Virus record (IMG/VR): IMGVR_UViG_3300046787_000408
Coordinates: 124,001 to 188,000 of that record
Reading direction: 5' to 3' (one strand)
DNA: 64,000 nt
The position numbers were made by a program, and so were the translations under genes. The notes beneath the pieces are model-generated. The model saw only the letters and a program-made list of their open reading frames with translations, searched no databases and was not told the DNA's origin. Below, one piece after another: positions 37,105 through 46,474 of this stretch. The stretch's first letter is position 1. Every line of letters starts with the position of its first letter.

Positions 37105-37496
37105 ATCTAACCAAATTTAGTCGTGATCGTATGATGGTAACTGCCAGTCGTTGGACAGTGCCTCGGGATTACTTTGATCCCATGTACAATTACTTGGTGC
37201 ATGGTTTTGCTCCGGGAAGCTTCTGGTCAGCAGTGTTGGCCAATGACTTTATGCGGGCCGTACAGCACAGCCATCCTAGCAACACCATCGACGCCCTGAA
37301 ACACACTGTGGGCTGGATTCAGGACAGTTTTCCCGAGCAAAGCTACGGTGACAGTGATAAAGTTATTCTTTGGCAGGGGCTAGAGCCTATCCAACGTCGC
37401 CGAATCCTGGAATCCACAGACATGATCTACACCGAACACCAAGAAGTCATGTTGGCTCTGCAAGGCAAGCAATCATATGAACCCATGCTGTACTGA
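37101..37496 (+). CDS. Hypothetical protein
   Basis: YLVHGFAPGSFWSAVLANDF motif. Confidence 0.72.
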   Translation: MNLTKFSRDRMMVTASRWTVPRDYFDPMYNYLVHGFAPGSFWSAVLANDFMRAVQHSHPSNTIDALKHTVGWIQDSFPEQSYGDSDKVILWQGLEPIQRRRILESTDMIYTEHQEVMLALQGKQSYEPMLY

Positions 37497-37525
37497 TTGA
37501 CCAATAATTCCCGTTTTGCTATAAT
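37497..37525 (+). promoter_or_regulatory. sigma70-type promoter
   Basis: TTGACC-17-TATAAT-ATACACATA..AAGGAG. Confidence 0.88.
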
Positions 37526-37550
37526 ATACACATAAAGAAAGGAGCACATC

Positions 37551-37748
37551 ATGACATACACAGTGGCAAGAATGAATGGACGATGGGTTCATGTGATGCG
37601 TTTTGCTCGCAATGTGGCCTTTAGTGCAGAACGTGATTGGTTCATGGTGTGTTTCGATTGGGAACAACCCAACCGACGCCGCTCACATTTTCGGTGGGTG
37701 CCTGCCAGCACTCGTTTTGACGCCGTTCGAGAATTTGTAGGAGCATAG
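37551..37748 (+). CDS. Hypothetical protein
   Basis: 65 aa behind promoter and RBS. Confidence 0.7.
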   Translation: MTYTVARMNGRWVHVMRFARNVAFSAERDWFMVCFDWEQPNRRRSHFRWVPASTRFDAVREFVGA

Positions 37749-37749
37749 C

Positions 37750-37995
37750 ATGGGCTGGGTAGTTTACGATGTTGATTCTGGTCGCATGATCAAGTATTAC
37801 AAAAAGCCTGGCCCTGCTAAGTCTGAAGTAACACGACAGCGAAAGTTCAATTCAGAAATGCAAGCATCGTATGGCAACCATCGAATGCTCGAGTACGCAG
37901 CCTGCTCCTATCGTGACTATGAAGGACAACTCATGGGTCTGCGTGGTGCAGACTTTAAATTCTGGCAATTTTGCAACGCACAACCCAACACTTGA
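37750..37995 (+). CDS. Hypothetical protein
   Basis: AGGAG SD, 81 aa. Confidence 0.7.
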   Translation: MGWVVYDVDSGRMIKYYKKPGPAKSEVTRQRKFNSEMQASYGNHRMLEYAACSYRDYEGQLMGLRGADFKFWQFCNAQPNT

Positions 37996-38020
37996 CCAAT
38001 AATTCCCATTTTGTTATAAT
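37992..38020 (+). promoter_or_regulatory. sigma70-type promoter (near-leaderless)
   Basis: TTGACC-17-TATAAT, ATG 9 nt later. Confidence 0.85.
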
Positions 38021-38029
38021 TACACTACT

Positions 38030-38179
38030 ATGAAGCCCATATCCTTTACACTGCAAGCACCGCGACAGCGTCGACATCAAGCACTGTTTGATCAAAACCT
38101 GCCGTTTCGTGGCCGTGTGGAACAGCCCAAAACAGTGTACAAGCGCAAACCCAAACACAAAAAACAGGAGCAAGAATGA
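38030..38179 (+). CDS. Small basic protein, ArfA-like (below cutoff)
   Basis: MKPISFTLQAPRQRRHQALFDQNLPFRGRVEQPKTVYKRKPKHKKQEQE*, 49 aa, own promoter, ATGA-coupled. Confidence 0.55.
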   Translation: MKPISFTLQAPRQRRHQALFDQNLPFRGRVEQPKTVYKRKPKHKKQEQE

Positions 38180-38358
38180 CTGAATCTAAATTAGATGGAC
38201 GCTCCTCTGTTGAGGTGGAGCTGGACCGTGAAGAATGGTATCAGCTCATGATGCTAGCACATGAACGTGATATCACCTTGAATCAACTAGTGGAACAAAT
38301 CTTGCGTGACTTTATCCAGGAGCATCACAATGGCACGTTGCCTGCACCTACCGTTTAA
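38176..38358 (+). CDS. Ribbon-helix-helix-like small protein
   Basis: VEVELDREEWYQLMMLAHERDITLNQLVEQIL pattern. Confidence 0.6.
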   Translation: MTESKLDGRSSVEVELDREEWYQLMMLAHERDITLNQLVEQILRDFIQEHHNGTLPAPTV

Positions 38359-38569
38359 GCAAAATAATCCACGCTCGGTACGTGGTGCAGTCAAACGGGG
38401 ATGGCATGTGGTTGAGGTCGACTTGCGTAAACGTGATGTCAGCTGGATGGCCTTGTGCTTGTGGGCCGAACGTGGCCTTGGTGGGTATTGGGTTGCTAGT
38501 CATTGGCTCAAACAGTTTGCATTTGAGTCCGGAGCAGACGCAGTGGCATTCAAACTAAAGTGGGCATGA
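38330..38569 (+). CDS. LRW-family small protein (isolated copy)
   Basis: LW..G...FAFESGADAVAFKLKWA*. Confidence 0.7.
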   Translation: MARCLHLPFKQNNPRSVRGAVKRGWHVVEVDLRKRDVSWMALCLWAERGLGGYWVASHWLKQFAFESGADAVAFKLKWA

Positions 38570-38570
38570 T

Positions 38571-39161
38571 ATGAAAAAGTTGATTTTTGCATTGTGTGCG
38601 ATTCCTTTGCTGGCCACAGCACAAGACTCTTGTCACCTAACCAGCCGAACTGACACACGAGCCACCACAGTGTTGAAACAAGTAGTGGTCCTAGAACAAA
38701 CTGTTACTCGCGAACAGTATGGCTGGCAACGGTGTCGTGCTAGAGTGCAAGCGCAGGCCGACAACACTGTGTATACCGGCGAAGGTAGTTTTAGTTGGGC
38801 CGATGGTAGAAGCATGGAAGAAAGTTGCGGCATGGCCCAACAACGAGCCAAAGATTCTATCCTGGAACAACTGGGCAGTCTGCAGATCAGCAGTAACAAG
38901 GCCATGGTGTGTAATGATGGCGTCATAGCCGAGCCCGGCACCCCTGTTGTCAAAACAAAATTTGCTGTGGGCTATGTGGGACAAAGACACGAATTTCCTG
39001 TGTACAATCATGGACGCAGAGCGTTCAGCCACAGTCGCCATCCGGGTAGCACTTGCCTACAGTTTATAAATCAAGTTGGTGCCATTGGCGGCACCATTTG
39101 CCAGACCAGCCAAAACCTTTGGGTAGTGGTTGACATCATTAACCCTTATCGTGTACAATAA
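38571..39161 (+). CDS. Secreted hypothetical protein
   Basis: Signal peptide MKKLIFALCAIPLLATA; several Cys. Confidence 0.7.
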   Translation: MKKLIFALCAIPLLATAQDSCHLTSRTDTRATTVLKQVVVLEQTVTREQYGWQRCRARVQAQADNTVYTGEGSFSWADGRSMEESCGMAQQRAKDSILEQLGSLQISSNKAMVCNDGVIAEPGTPVVKTKFAVGYVGQRHEFPVYNHGRRAFSHSRHPGSTCLQFINQVGAIGGTICQTSQNLWVVVDIINPYRVQ

Positions 39162-39188
39162 CACATTCTAACTTTTTGAAAGACATCC

Positions 39189-39767
39189 ATGCGTAAACTT
39201 TTGATCTTGATCCCTGTTGTGGCTCTCATGGCAGCATGCAGTTCAACTCCTACAGAAACTTATGACCGCAGGGCTTATGAAGCTGAACAAAAGCGTGAGC
39301 AATATGCAGAACGAGCTATTGACAAAGCACCCAAGTGGATGACCGAATTGCCCAAATCCAATGCCGCAGTTTATGCCAATGGCACAGCAGTGAGTGGAGA
39401 CTTTAGCATGGCAGATGAAAAAGCCAAGACTATTGCATTTGGTAAAATCTGTATGGCAGCAGGTGGCGAAGTTGACAAGAACAGTCGAATGTTTCGTGCA
39501 GATGTAGGCGAACAAAGCGTTGAAAACAGTTCGGTTGCAATTCGCTCAATGTGTCGCACTGTGGACGTAACTGGCGCCGAAGTAGTAGAGGTCAAACGTT
39601 TGTCAGAAGGCAGTCGATTCCGTAGCTATGTGCTGGTAGCATTGCCCACAGGCACAGCCAATCCTATTCAGCAACGACGAGATCAGAATCGAGCACAGCG
39701 AGCGGCACAGGCGCAGAGTGATGCAGCATTTCGTGAGCTAGATGCTAGACCGCGACGCCAAGACTAA
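39189..39767 (+). CDS. Lipoprotein (LPP20-like)
   Basis: Lipobox MAAC after a hydrophobic signal; APKWM motif. Confidence 0.75.
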   Translation: MRKLLILIPVVALMAACSSTPTETYDRRAYEAEQKREQYAERAIDKAPKWMTELPKSNAAVYANGTAVSGDFSMADEKAKTIAFGKICMAAGGEVDKNSRMFRADVGEQSVENSSVAIRSMCRTVDVTGAEVVEVKRLSEGSRFRSYVLVALPTGTANPIQQRRDQNRAQRAAQAQSDAAFRELDARPRRQD

Positions 39768-39780
39768 CAGTCCATAAATA

Positions 39781-39803
39781 AAAGCAGCCCCAGGCTGCTT
39801 TTT
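39781..39803 (+). terminator. Intrinsic terminator
   Basis: AAAGCAGCC-CCA-GGCTGCTTTTT. Confidence 0.75.
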
Positions 39804-39813
39804 CATTTATACT

Positions 39814-40386
39814 ATGACACAAACAACAGAAATTCTTGAATCCAATCATACTCAATCTCTCAATGACAATGGTATGTATGTGTTCATGGGCGAGGTAACA
39901 CAAGAGGCTATCTGTCCTATTATAGAGTGGATCTTGCACGAAAACTTTGTGACCAAGAAAAAGAAAAAAGAACTGTTGTTGATGATCTGTAGCGAAGGTG
40001 GCGATACCAGTGCGGCATTTGCCTTGATTGATGTAATGCGTAGCAGTGCCATTCCTGTCAAGACTGTGGGGCTGGGCATGATTGCCAGTGCTGGATTGTT
40101 GATGTTTATTGCAGGAACACCAGGGCGCAGGATACTCACTCCCAACACTAGTATTTTAAGTCATCAGTTTAGCTGGTACAATGAAGGCAAGGCACACGAA
40201 CTGTTTGCCACAATGAAAGAGTTTGAGCTTACCCAGGCTAGAATGTTGGCCCACTATCAGGCCTGCACTGGGCTAACAGCTGAACAGGTGCGTACCAGTT
40301 TATTGCCACCCCAAGATGTATGGCTGAGTGCGCAAGACGCATTGGCCTTGCATATTTGTGACTTTGTGGCAGAACTAGCCCGTTAG
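39814..40386 (+). CDS. Divergent ClpP-family protease subunit
   Basis: MICSEGG, IASAG (Ser), ILSHQF (His), QDVWLSA (Asp). Confidence 0.85.
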   Translation: MTQTTEILESNHTQSLNDNGMYVFMGEVTQEAICPIIEWILHENFVTKKKKKELLLMICSEGGDTSAAFALIDVMRSSAIPVKTVGLGMIASAGLLMFIAGTPGRRILTPNTSILSHQFSWYNEGKAHELFATMKEFELTQARMLAHYQACTGLTAEQVRTSLLPPQDVWLSAQDALALHICDFVAELAR

Positions 40387-41249
40387 GCTTGTCCGGTCCA
40401 GACAGCATACAAGCCAGCTTCTGAGTTGTAGTTACTGCCGTATACTCGACTCAACTTGGTGTTGACCACTGCTTCCAGTTCTGTGCCTGTTGTGTTTGGC
40501 TGAACGTCAAACGCAAAGTAGTCATACCCATCTCTGCCTTTGCCCATATGTTGGCCACCTAATTGTCCCATGATAATGTCAATATTCTTGTTGGCCTGTG
40601 CTGGTGTTGTATTACTAAATCTGTTTCGTTCTGCATTAGGGTCTATGTCATCTTCATCTATAGCAAAGTAACCCTTCATTTGCACCCCAGGAATGCCAGC
40701 CAAGCTGACCCAGTTTCGTCTGCCACCAGGTGTTTGACTTGTGCCTGCCAAGAGTGGACGCTTGAGAATTGTGAGCACAATACCGTACAGGGCTTTGGCT
40801 AGACTCATGCCGCGATAGTCTTCATCTACTGTGATAGTATCGACTTGTACTGCACCTTTGAGCGGGAAACTATTCACGCTGCTTACTGACAGTTTGCCGA
40901 TCAACTGTCCAGGAGTATTCAAGTCTCGCTGGCTGCGTTGCCAATCCCAAACTCTACGCTCATACTGGTAGACAGTCTCTCTTCGGTCACGAACTGGTTT
41001 GGGTTGAACACCTCTTTCTTTTTGAGCAAGAAAGTCTTTACCGTTTTGATCCCAAAGTTTGATATCAATGCCACCATATCTACCTTCGCTAGTTGAATAA
41101 AGTAAACCACTACCACCGGGTAGTTTCTTTATTTGCTTGCCCGTCTGCTTGTCAGTTAGCGAAGATTTACCACCCGAATACGCCCCTTGGGGGATTCTTT
41201 CAATTTCGTCCAGTTCCTGGTTTTCGTTTAAAAATTCATTTGCTCTCAT
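40383..41249 (-). CDS. Hypothetical protein with C-terminal GNAT-like motif, possibly virion-packaged
   Basis: MRANEFLNE start; VDTITVDEDYRGMSLAKALY; SQTPGG..NW. Confidence 0.55.
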   Translation of the reverse strand: MRANEFLNENQELDEIERIPQGAYSGGKSSLTDKQTGKQIKKLPGGSGLLYSTSEGRYGGIDIKLWDQNGKDFLAQKERGVQPKPVRDRRETVYQYERRVWDWQRSQRDLNTPGQLIGKLSVSSVNSFPLKGAVQVDTITVDEDYRGMSLAKALYGIVLTILKRPLLAGTSQTPGGRRNWVSLAGIPGVQMKGYFAIDEDDIDPNAERNRFSNTTPAQANKNIDIIMGQLGGQHMGKGRDGYDYFAFDVQPNTTGTELEAVVNTKLSRVYGSNYNSEAGLYAVWTGQA

Positions 41250-41250
41250 G

Positions 41251-42873
41251 TTAGATCCTTGCAGCTCGGCCCAGTACTTCGGGGCTCATGTTGGGTTGTG
41301 CAGTGGACTTGGCAGTTCGTGCTCCAGGACCTCGCAGTCGAGGTGTTTGTGTTACTGCATCAAGCTTGTCAGTGTCACCAGGTCCCATGTTATCACCTAG
41401 TTCACCTGCGGTGCTGTCGCCAGGTGCATCTGTTGTTGCTGTGTGTTCTTTGTTGTCAACAACTTTTGGTTCTTTGTTGATGTTAAACACCAACTTGCCT
41501 GCGGAGCTAGATGTTGAACTATAACTCTTTTGTGCCTCTAGCGTAACTTCAGTAAACAACTTGCTAGGCCAAACAGTAGTAAAGCCTTGGATAATAAATT
41601 GTCCATCTTTAGACTTGGTAGCATCAGTGTACATCTGAACAAATGCTGAGTTGTTTAAAATGTCTGCGGCTGCGTCAGAAAAATTAGTTTTCATATTGAT
41701 CTCGTTGCAGACCTTGTAGGCAATAGAACTCACCAAGTGATTTAATGGAACTACTTTGCTAGGATCGTCAGCTGTGCGATCTTTGTAGATCTGTTTGAGA
41801 TTCTTTGATATTGGGGCTTGACTGATGTCGAAATTTTTAACGCCAGCATACTGTTTGAGTGACATTACTTGTGGAATTTCATCTTCATTAATGATACCAA
41901 ACTGCACAGCTAGATTTAGTGGCCCTGAATTGTGATCACCGTTGTGAATGGTTTTAAGAATAGCAATCACCTCCGGATAATTCTGTGCAAATTGGGTCAT
42001 ACCAGCGGCTTCTAATTCGCGTACAGCAGTCAATAGGTTCACAGAACTTGCCATGGCACCTTTAGCACCCTTGCTTGACAATTTGATTTGTTTGCCTTCA
42101 GGACTGACCAGCAATGAGTCATACAGCTCGCCAGAGACGTTTTGGTTAAAACTAACCACACAGTCAGAAAATCCATTTTTCCCCATGAAAATTTCAGCAG
42201 CCTTGGCAGCATTTCCTTTGACCTGCCCGCCGTTGATCAACACAGCTGGTTGCAGCATTTCGCAAAAGTAGTCTCGGAAACCTTTGAAATCCATCCCTTC
42301 GCCGTCTACTGCTACTGGGAATTTTGGGGAACTCATAATAGTTGCAGCCGCTCGGTATTCAGCACTTTGCTCACCAAACTTGGCACCAATCTGTGCTAGA
42401 ATGCTGTCAGGAGTTTGACTCTTGAACTCAGTGAGTACATCACTGGGTTTGTATCCAGCTTTTTCTTTGGATCCACGAGCATCAGTTTGACTAAAGTTTC
42501 CAGGAATATCTTTGGTTTGAAAAAATGTGTTTTGAGTTCTAACAGGCTTGATGTCTTGGGCAAATTTTGCTAGATATCGAGTTCCAACCGCAGTGTTAAA
42601 TGCCGCAATACCAAATGCTTTTAACCTTGCATTGGGCTGATTGACTTTTTCAATCGGATGTCCTACTGATTGTTCAACTTGATCAAACGCTGCCATCATT
42701 TCCTCGGTGGAATTGAAACTGCCAACTTCTGGGTAAAATGTTAAGTTTTGGAAAGTAATTTTGTCGTCAGACGAAGTACCACCTGATCGGGCATATACTT
42801 CTCCGGGGTTGCGGGCGCTAAGTCCACGTGATTCGGTAAGGATGTTATCGAGTAAATTGAGTAGGTCTCTCAT
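41251..42873 (-). CDS. Hypothetical protein with possible PD-(D/E)XK nuclease motif, possibly virion-packaged
   Basis: MRDLLNLLDNILTE start; LYDSLL...IKLSSKG; AGGA SD and TAAGTA upstream on the minus strand. Confidence 0.55.
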   Translation of the reverse strand: MRDLLNLLDNILTESRGLSARNPGEVYARSGGTSSDDKITFQNLTFYPEVGSFNSTEEMMAAFDQVEQSVGHPIEKVNQPNARLKAFGIAAFNTAVGTRYLAKFAQDIKPVRTQNTFFQTKDIPGNFSQTDARGSKEKAGYKPSDVLTEFKSQTPDSILAQIGAKFGEQSAEYRAAATIMSSPKFPVAVDGEGMDFKGFRDYFCEMLQPAVLINGGQVKGNAAKAAEIFMGKNGFSDCVVSFNQNVSGELYDSLLVSPEGKQIKLSSKGAKGAMASSVNLLTAVRELEAAGMTQFAQNYPEVIAILKTIHNGDHNSGPLNLAVQFGIINEDEIPQVMSLKQYAGVKNFDISQAPISKNLKQIYKDRTADDPSKVVPLNHLVSSIAYKVCNEINMKTNFSDAAADILNNSAFVQMYTDATKSKDGQFIIQGFTTVWPSKLFTEVTLEAQKSYSSTSSSAGKLVFNINKEPKVVDNKEHTATTDAPGDSTAGELGDNMGPGDTDKLDAVTQTPRLRGPGARTAKSTAQPNMSPEVLGRAARI

Positions 42874-42934
42874 TGTGTTTCCTGGAAGATTATAGTATAC
42901 TTATCCTAGTGCATTACTTAACATAGGAGAATTT

Positions 42935-43558
42935 ATGCCCAGTTTGATCCCCATGGTTGTTGAACAAACCTCTAAAGGCGAGCGCAGTTATGACATCTAT
43001 AGTCGCTTGCTCCGAGACCGTATTATTATGCTGGACACTGATGTTAACGAACACTCGGCCAGTTTGATTGTGGCTCAGTTGTTGTTTTTGGAAAGTGAGG
43101 ACTCTGCCAAAGATATCAGCTTGTATATCAACAGTCCCGGCGGACTGGTAACTGCAGGATTGGCTATATACGATACTATGCAATTTATTCGTCCAGACGT
43201 GCAAACCATTGTGATTGGCCAAGCTGCCAGCATGGGTAGTTTTCTAGGCCAAGCTGGTGCCCCGGGCAAGCGTTTTGTACTGCCTGAGTCGCGTACCATG
43301 ATTCACCGTGTTAGTTCAGGTACACCGGGCACACGTGGCTCAGTACATGTACAAGAGCTGCAATTTGAAGATGCCAAACGCACTTACGACGAAAGCCAGC
43401 GTATCAATCAGCGCCTTACTGAGTTGTATGTGCGTCACAACACAGCAGGCAAAACCTATGATGAACTGTTTGAAACCATGAAGTTTGACACGTTCCTTAG
43501 TGCAGAACAAGCAGTTGAGTTTGGTCTTGCAGACAAGGTGGTCCAAAAGCGTGTTTAA
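42935..43558 (+). CDS. clpP: ATP-dependent Clp protease proteolytic subunit ClpP
   Basis: [49 protein letters not shown]. Confidence 0.96.
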   Translation: MPSLIPMVVEQTSKGERSYDIYSRLLRDRIIMLDTDVNEHSASLIVAQLLFLESEDSAKDISLYINSPGGLVTAGLAIYDTMQFIRPDVQTIVIGQAASMGSFLGQAGAPGKRFVLPESRTMIHRVSSGTPGTRGSVHVQELQFEDAKRTYDESQRINQRLTELYVRHNTAGKTYDELFETMKFDTFLSAEQAVEFGLADKVVQKRV

Positions 43559-44825
43559 GCAAAACTTTTGCTCTAGCCCTTGGATTCACATGCGCATTAC
43601 CAATGATGGTAGCATGGTGTATTGCCGCTGGAGCAACAAGTTTAACGGTACTGCCAACATACGAGATGTTGATCCTGTAGATTTTTTCCAGCAACACATG
43701 GCTCCACTACGGAGAGATTTGTTACAAGGCCATCAGTTGCCGGGCTGTAATGAATGTTATCAAATGGATCAACATGGAAAAATTTCAGGACGACAACGGC
43801 AGTTGCTAAAAACTGGTGTTCGCTTGGAGCAGTTTGAAAAAACCATGCAAAGCTCGCCCTGGTCGCAAGAATGGGCCAGCAATTACAACACCGGAGTTAC
43901 AGAACAGTTGCCCCAAGATTGGCAAATTGATCTAGGCAACTACTGCAACAGCGCCTGTGTATTTTGCTCGCCACGTGACAGTTCTCGCCTGGCTGCAGAA
44001 TGGAAAAAGATTGGGTTGATTGATCAGCTGCCACAGTCAAATTGGACTGATGATTCTGCGTTGGTTGATAAATTTACCAATCTACTGCGCCAATCCAAAC
44101 ATGTGCAGTACTTGCATTTTATTGGCGGCGAAACAGTAATAACGCCAGCCTTTAAGACCATACTGAAATCGCTGATAGCTGCTGGGTTAAATCACACAGC
44201 CACCATTGGGTTTACCACCAATCTAACTGTATGGGACCAAGAAGTTGCTGACTTACTGTGTGAGTTTTCGGGAGTCAATCTGGGCATGAGCGTGGAGGCG
44301 TTTGACCCAGTTAACGATTATGTGCGCTGGCCATCCAGGATAGAGCATGTGATGGCCACACGAGATAAATGGGTAGACCTAGCACGCCAACAAAATTGGC
44401 TGGTGCAATTACGGGTTACACCCACACTGTTGACCATTTCTCGATTGTTGAGTGTGTACCAATATGCATGGCAGCAAAATATTGCTGTGGAAAGCTGTAA
44501 TTTTTTGCAAAGGCCAGACTATCTGCGACCATCAGTATTGCCACTTGAGTTTAGACAACACTGTGCAAACCACCTACAGGACTGGGCTGGTCAATTTAGC
44601 AAGCACGATTCCCTAGTGATCAACACCCGAGATCCCAATGCTGCTCAACAGCAAATTTTACAAGATCTGCAGAGCTATGCAAACTATCTTGTGCATGAGC
44701 CAGACGAAAGTTCAAGACTACCGGATGCAATAGCATTCTTGAAAAAACTAGAAGGCAGTCGCAAAAACTCTATTTTGAATTATTTGCCCGAATATGAACA
44801 ACTATTTAGATCTGCTGGATACTGA
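43551..44825 (+). CDS. Radical SAM enzyme with N-terminal twitch/SPASM-like domain
   Basis: FCSSPWIH...YC...CNECY; [11 protein letters not shown]; FIGGETVI; paralogue of 2337; GTG start. Confidence 0.88.
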   Translation: MFKQNFCSSPWIHMRITNDGSMVYCRWSNKFNGTANIRDVDPVDFFQQHMAPLRRDLLQGHQLPGCNECYQMDQHGKISGRQRQLLKTGVRLEQFEKTMQSSPWSQEWASNYNTGVTEQLPQDWQIDLGNYCNSACVFCSPRDSSRLAAEWKKIGLIDQLPQSNWTDDSALVDKFTNLLRQSKHVQYLHFIGGETVITPAFKTILKSLIAAGLNHTATIGFTTNLTVWDQEVADLLCEFSGVNLGMSVEAFDPVNDYVRWPSRIEHVMATRDKWVDLARQQNWLVQLRVTPTLLTISRLLSVYQYAWQQNIAVESCNFLQRPDYLRPSVLPLEFRQHCANHLQDWAGQFSKHDSLVINTRDPNAAQQQILQDLQSYANYLVHEPDESSRLPDAIAFLKKLEGSRKNSILNYLPEYEQLFRSAGY

Positions 44826-45141
44826 CCTTGAGATCAGCATTGAGCTGGTGTTGAAATCAACTGATGGTCATGCACAAGTCTTGATCAACGGTGTTGTGAT
44901 ATACAACGGCAACGTGACGGGAACAGTTAACTTGTGTCACACTGTTCCAGTGCTACACCCAATTGCACTAGAAGTGCATCATCGTGGTGTATATCTGGAC
45001 AGTTTGAAATTTGATGGGTGGGAATCAAGACCCCAGTATGCTTGGGAAATCAACAATGTGTTTTGTCTAGATACCAAGGTGCCATTTTATCAATGGCAAC
45101 ATACTGCAACAGCACAGGGCTGGTTGTTGACCCCTCAGTAA
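44794..45141 (+). CDS. Hypothetical beta-rich partner of the radical SAM gene
   Basis: Overlaps the rSAM end; VLINGVVIYNG. Confidence 0.6.
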   Translation: MNNYLDLLDTDLEISIELVLKSTDGHAQVLINGVVIYNGNVTGTVNLCHTVPVLHPIALEVHHRGVYLDSLKFDGWESRPQYAWEINNVFCLDTKVPFYQWQHTATAQGWLLTPQ

Positions 45142-45230
45142 TCCCAGCGCCCTTGGTTGATTCGTTGCGCCGCACGAGCTTGGCCAATTTCTTGCAGAAT
45201 TTCGTAGACTATAGCAAACATACGTTTCAT
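45135..45230 (-). CDS. 31-aa micro-protein (below cutoff)
   Basis: MKRMFAIVYEILQEIGQARAAQRINQGRWDY*, ATGA-coupled to the upstream minus-strand gene. Confidence 0.55.
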   Translation of the reverse strand: MKRMFAIVYEILQEIGQARAAQRINQGRWDY

Positions 45231-45385
45231 AACAGACCTCCGCGGTTCATTTTGGAGTACTGACGCTCCAGGTATTCTACTTCAGCAACCGAAGTAGGAC
45301 GATGAGATTGAATATAACTATCCAATCGGGTTTGATAATTTTGTGCAAATAGTTGGGTAAACCATGCAAGTATAGCAGTGAACAT
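45227..45385 (-). CDS. Small protein, DUF3563-like
   Basis: LDSYIQSHRPTSVAEVEYLERQY; AAGGA SD and TAAATA upstream on the minus strand. Confidence 0.55.
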   Translation of the reverse strand: MFTAILAWFTQLFAQNYQTRLDSYIQSHRPTSVAEVEYLERQYSKMNRGGLL

Positions 45386-45463
45386 TTTGTGTTTTTCCTT
45401 CTCAGTATTTACCACTAGTGGTTTCTACTGATAAAAGTAGTACTCAAGTATTACAAAATTTCT

Positions 45464-45523
45464 GGTTGACTCAAATTGCCCAATTTGCTATAATATACAC
45501 ATAGCAAAGCAAAACAGGAGTTG
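45464..45523 (+). repeat. 60-bp promoter-leader-RBS cassette, copy 3
   Basis: TTGACT-17-TATAAT-ATACACATAGCAAAGCAAAACAGGAGTTG; preceded by GTAGTAC-TCAA-GTATTAC (45437-45454). Confidence 0.9.
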
Positions 45524-45526
45524 ACC

Positions 45527-45778
45527 ATGCAAATCAAGCGTTTCAAACAAGCCCAGCGTTTTCGTGTTATTGTTGGTCCCGCATGTTTTTATGCCACAGC
45601 AAAGCAAATTCGCAATGGGGTTGGTGACTTTGTAAACTGCAATGCCGCAACCCAAAAGGCCCTGGAGACACTGGAATTTCAACGTAGCGGCGGCTACAAG
45701 AACGCCGGAGTGCTGGAGTTTTCAACCGGGCTTGCAGGTACATGGGAAGGTCTGAATGTGCAACTCAACGTGGCCTAA
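45527..45778 (+). CDS. Hypothetical early protein
   Basis: Behind cassette. Confidence 0.72.
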   Translation: MQIKRFKQAQRFRVIVGPACFYATAKQIRNGVGDFVNCNAATQKALETLEFQRSGGYKNAGVLEFSTGLAGTWEGLNVQLNVA

Positions 45779-45788
45779 GGAAAACAAA

Positions 45789-45896
45789 ATGAAACTATAC
45801 ACTGTGCATTGGACTCAAACTTACAACACTTGGCCAGAGCCTGTAATGGATCTCACTCAAGCTCGTGAACTGTTAGCAAGGATCATGGCAAAATGA
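45789..45896 (+). CDS. Small hypothetical protein (below cutoff)
   Basis: MKLYTVHWTQ...IMAK*, 35 aa, TAAGGA SD. Confidence 0.55.
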   Translation: MKLYTVHWTQTYNTWPEPVMDLTQARELLARIMAK

Positions 45897-46099
45897 AACT
45901 GGTAATCAACCATTTATATTCTGAAAATGCAGACGGCCGCATCAAGTCTGTGCGTGGTGGACGCGATCTGCAAAAGGCTCGCACACTCGAGCGTCAAGGG
46001 TTTGCTCGTGTAAAACTAGTGAGCAACACATTTGCTGGCTACGGTGGTAGCCGTGATGTTGGTTACATTCTCAACAAATACGAAGTGACATTTCTATGA
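45893..46099 (+). CDS. Hypothetical protein
   Basis: AAGGA SD, ATGA-coupled. Confidence 0.65.
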   Translation: MKLVINHLYSENADGRIKSVRGGRDLQKARTLERQGFARVKLVSNTFAGYGGSRDVGYILNKYEVTFL

Positions 46100-46458
46100 A
46101 ATGGTTTGCTGAAACAACTGACTACAAAGACTCTGTGCCCAACGGTATCTACTTGCTGGATGACAGCAAGACCAAGATGTATGCATTCAAGCCCCGCGGC
46201 ACAGACGACATCAAAACGTTCAAAAACTTTATCCGCATTGACACCCGTGGTCGCAAGTTTGTTGTGAACCCGGTGCAGTTCGAAACCAAGGTCAAAGAAC
46301 CTGCACCCGAAGGTCGCTCATGGACAGTGAAAGGTAGCAAAGGCGATGAATACAAAATCACAGAGCACAGTGGAAATCTATCATGCACATGTTCCGGTTT
46401 CCGATTCCGTGGCGACTGTAAGCACGTCAAAGATCCCAGTATTCGTCAAGCGGTTTGA
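46096..46458 (+). CDS. SWIM zinc-finger protein
   Basis: VKGSKGDEY.I...SCTCSGFRFRGDCKH (CxC...CxH). Confidence 0.85.
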   Translation: MKWFAETTDYKDSVPNGIYLLDDSKTKMYAFKPRGTDDIKTFKNFIRIDTRGRKFVVNPVQFETKVKEPAPEGRSWTVKGSKGDEYKITEHSGNLSCTCSGFRFRGDCKHVKDPSIRQAV

Positions 46459-46474
46459 TGTCAACAGTGTAGAC

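Noticed and set aside
42912-42937. Third ROSE-like element upstream of clpP (TTACT-TAACAT-AGGAG)
   Set aside because: The motif is UUACU, not U(U/C)GCU; pairing is weak and there is no upstream hairpin.
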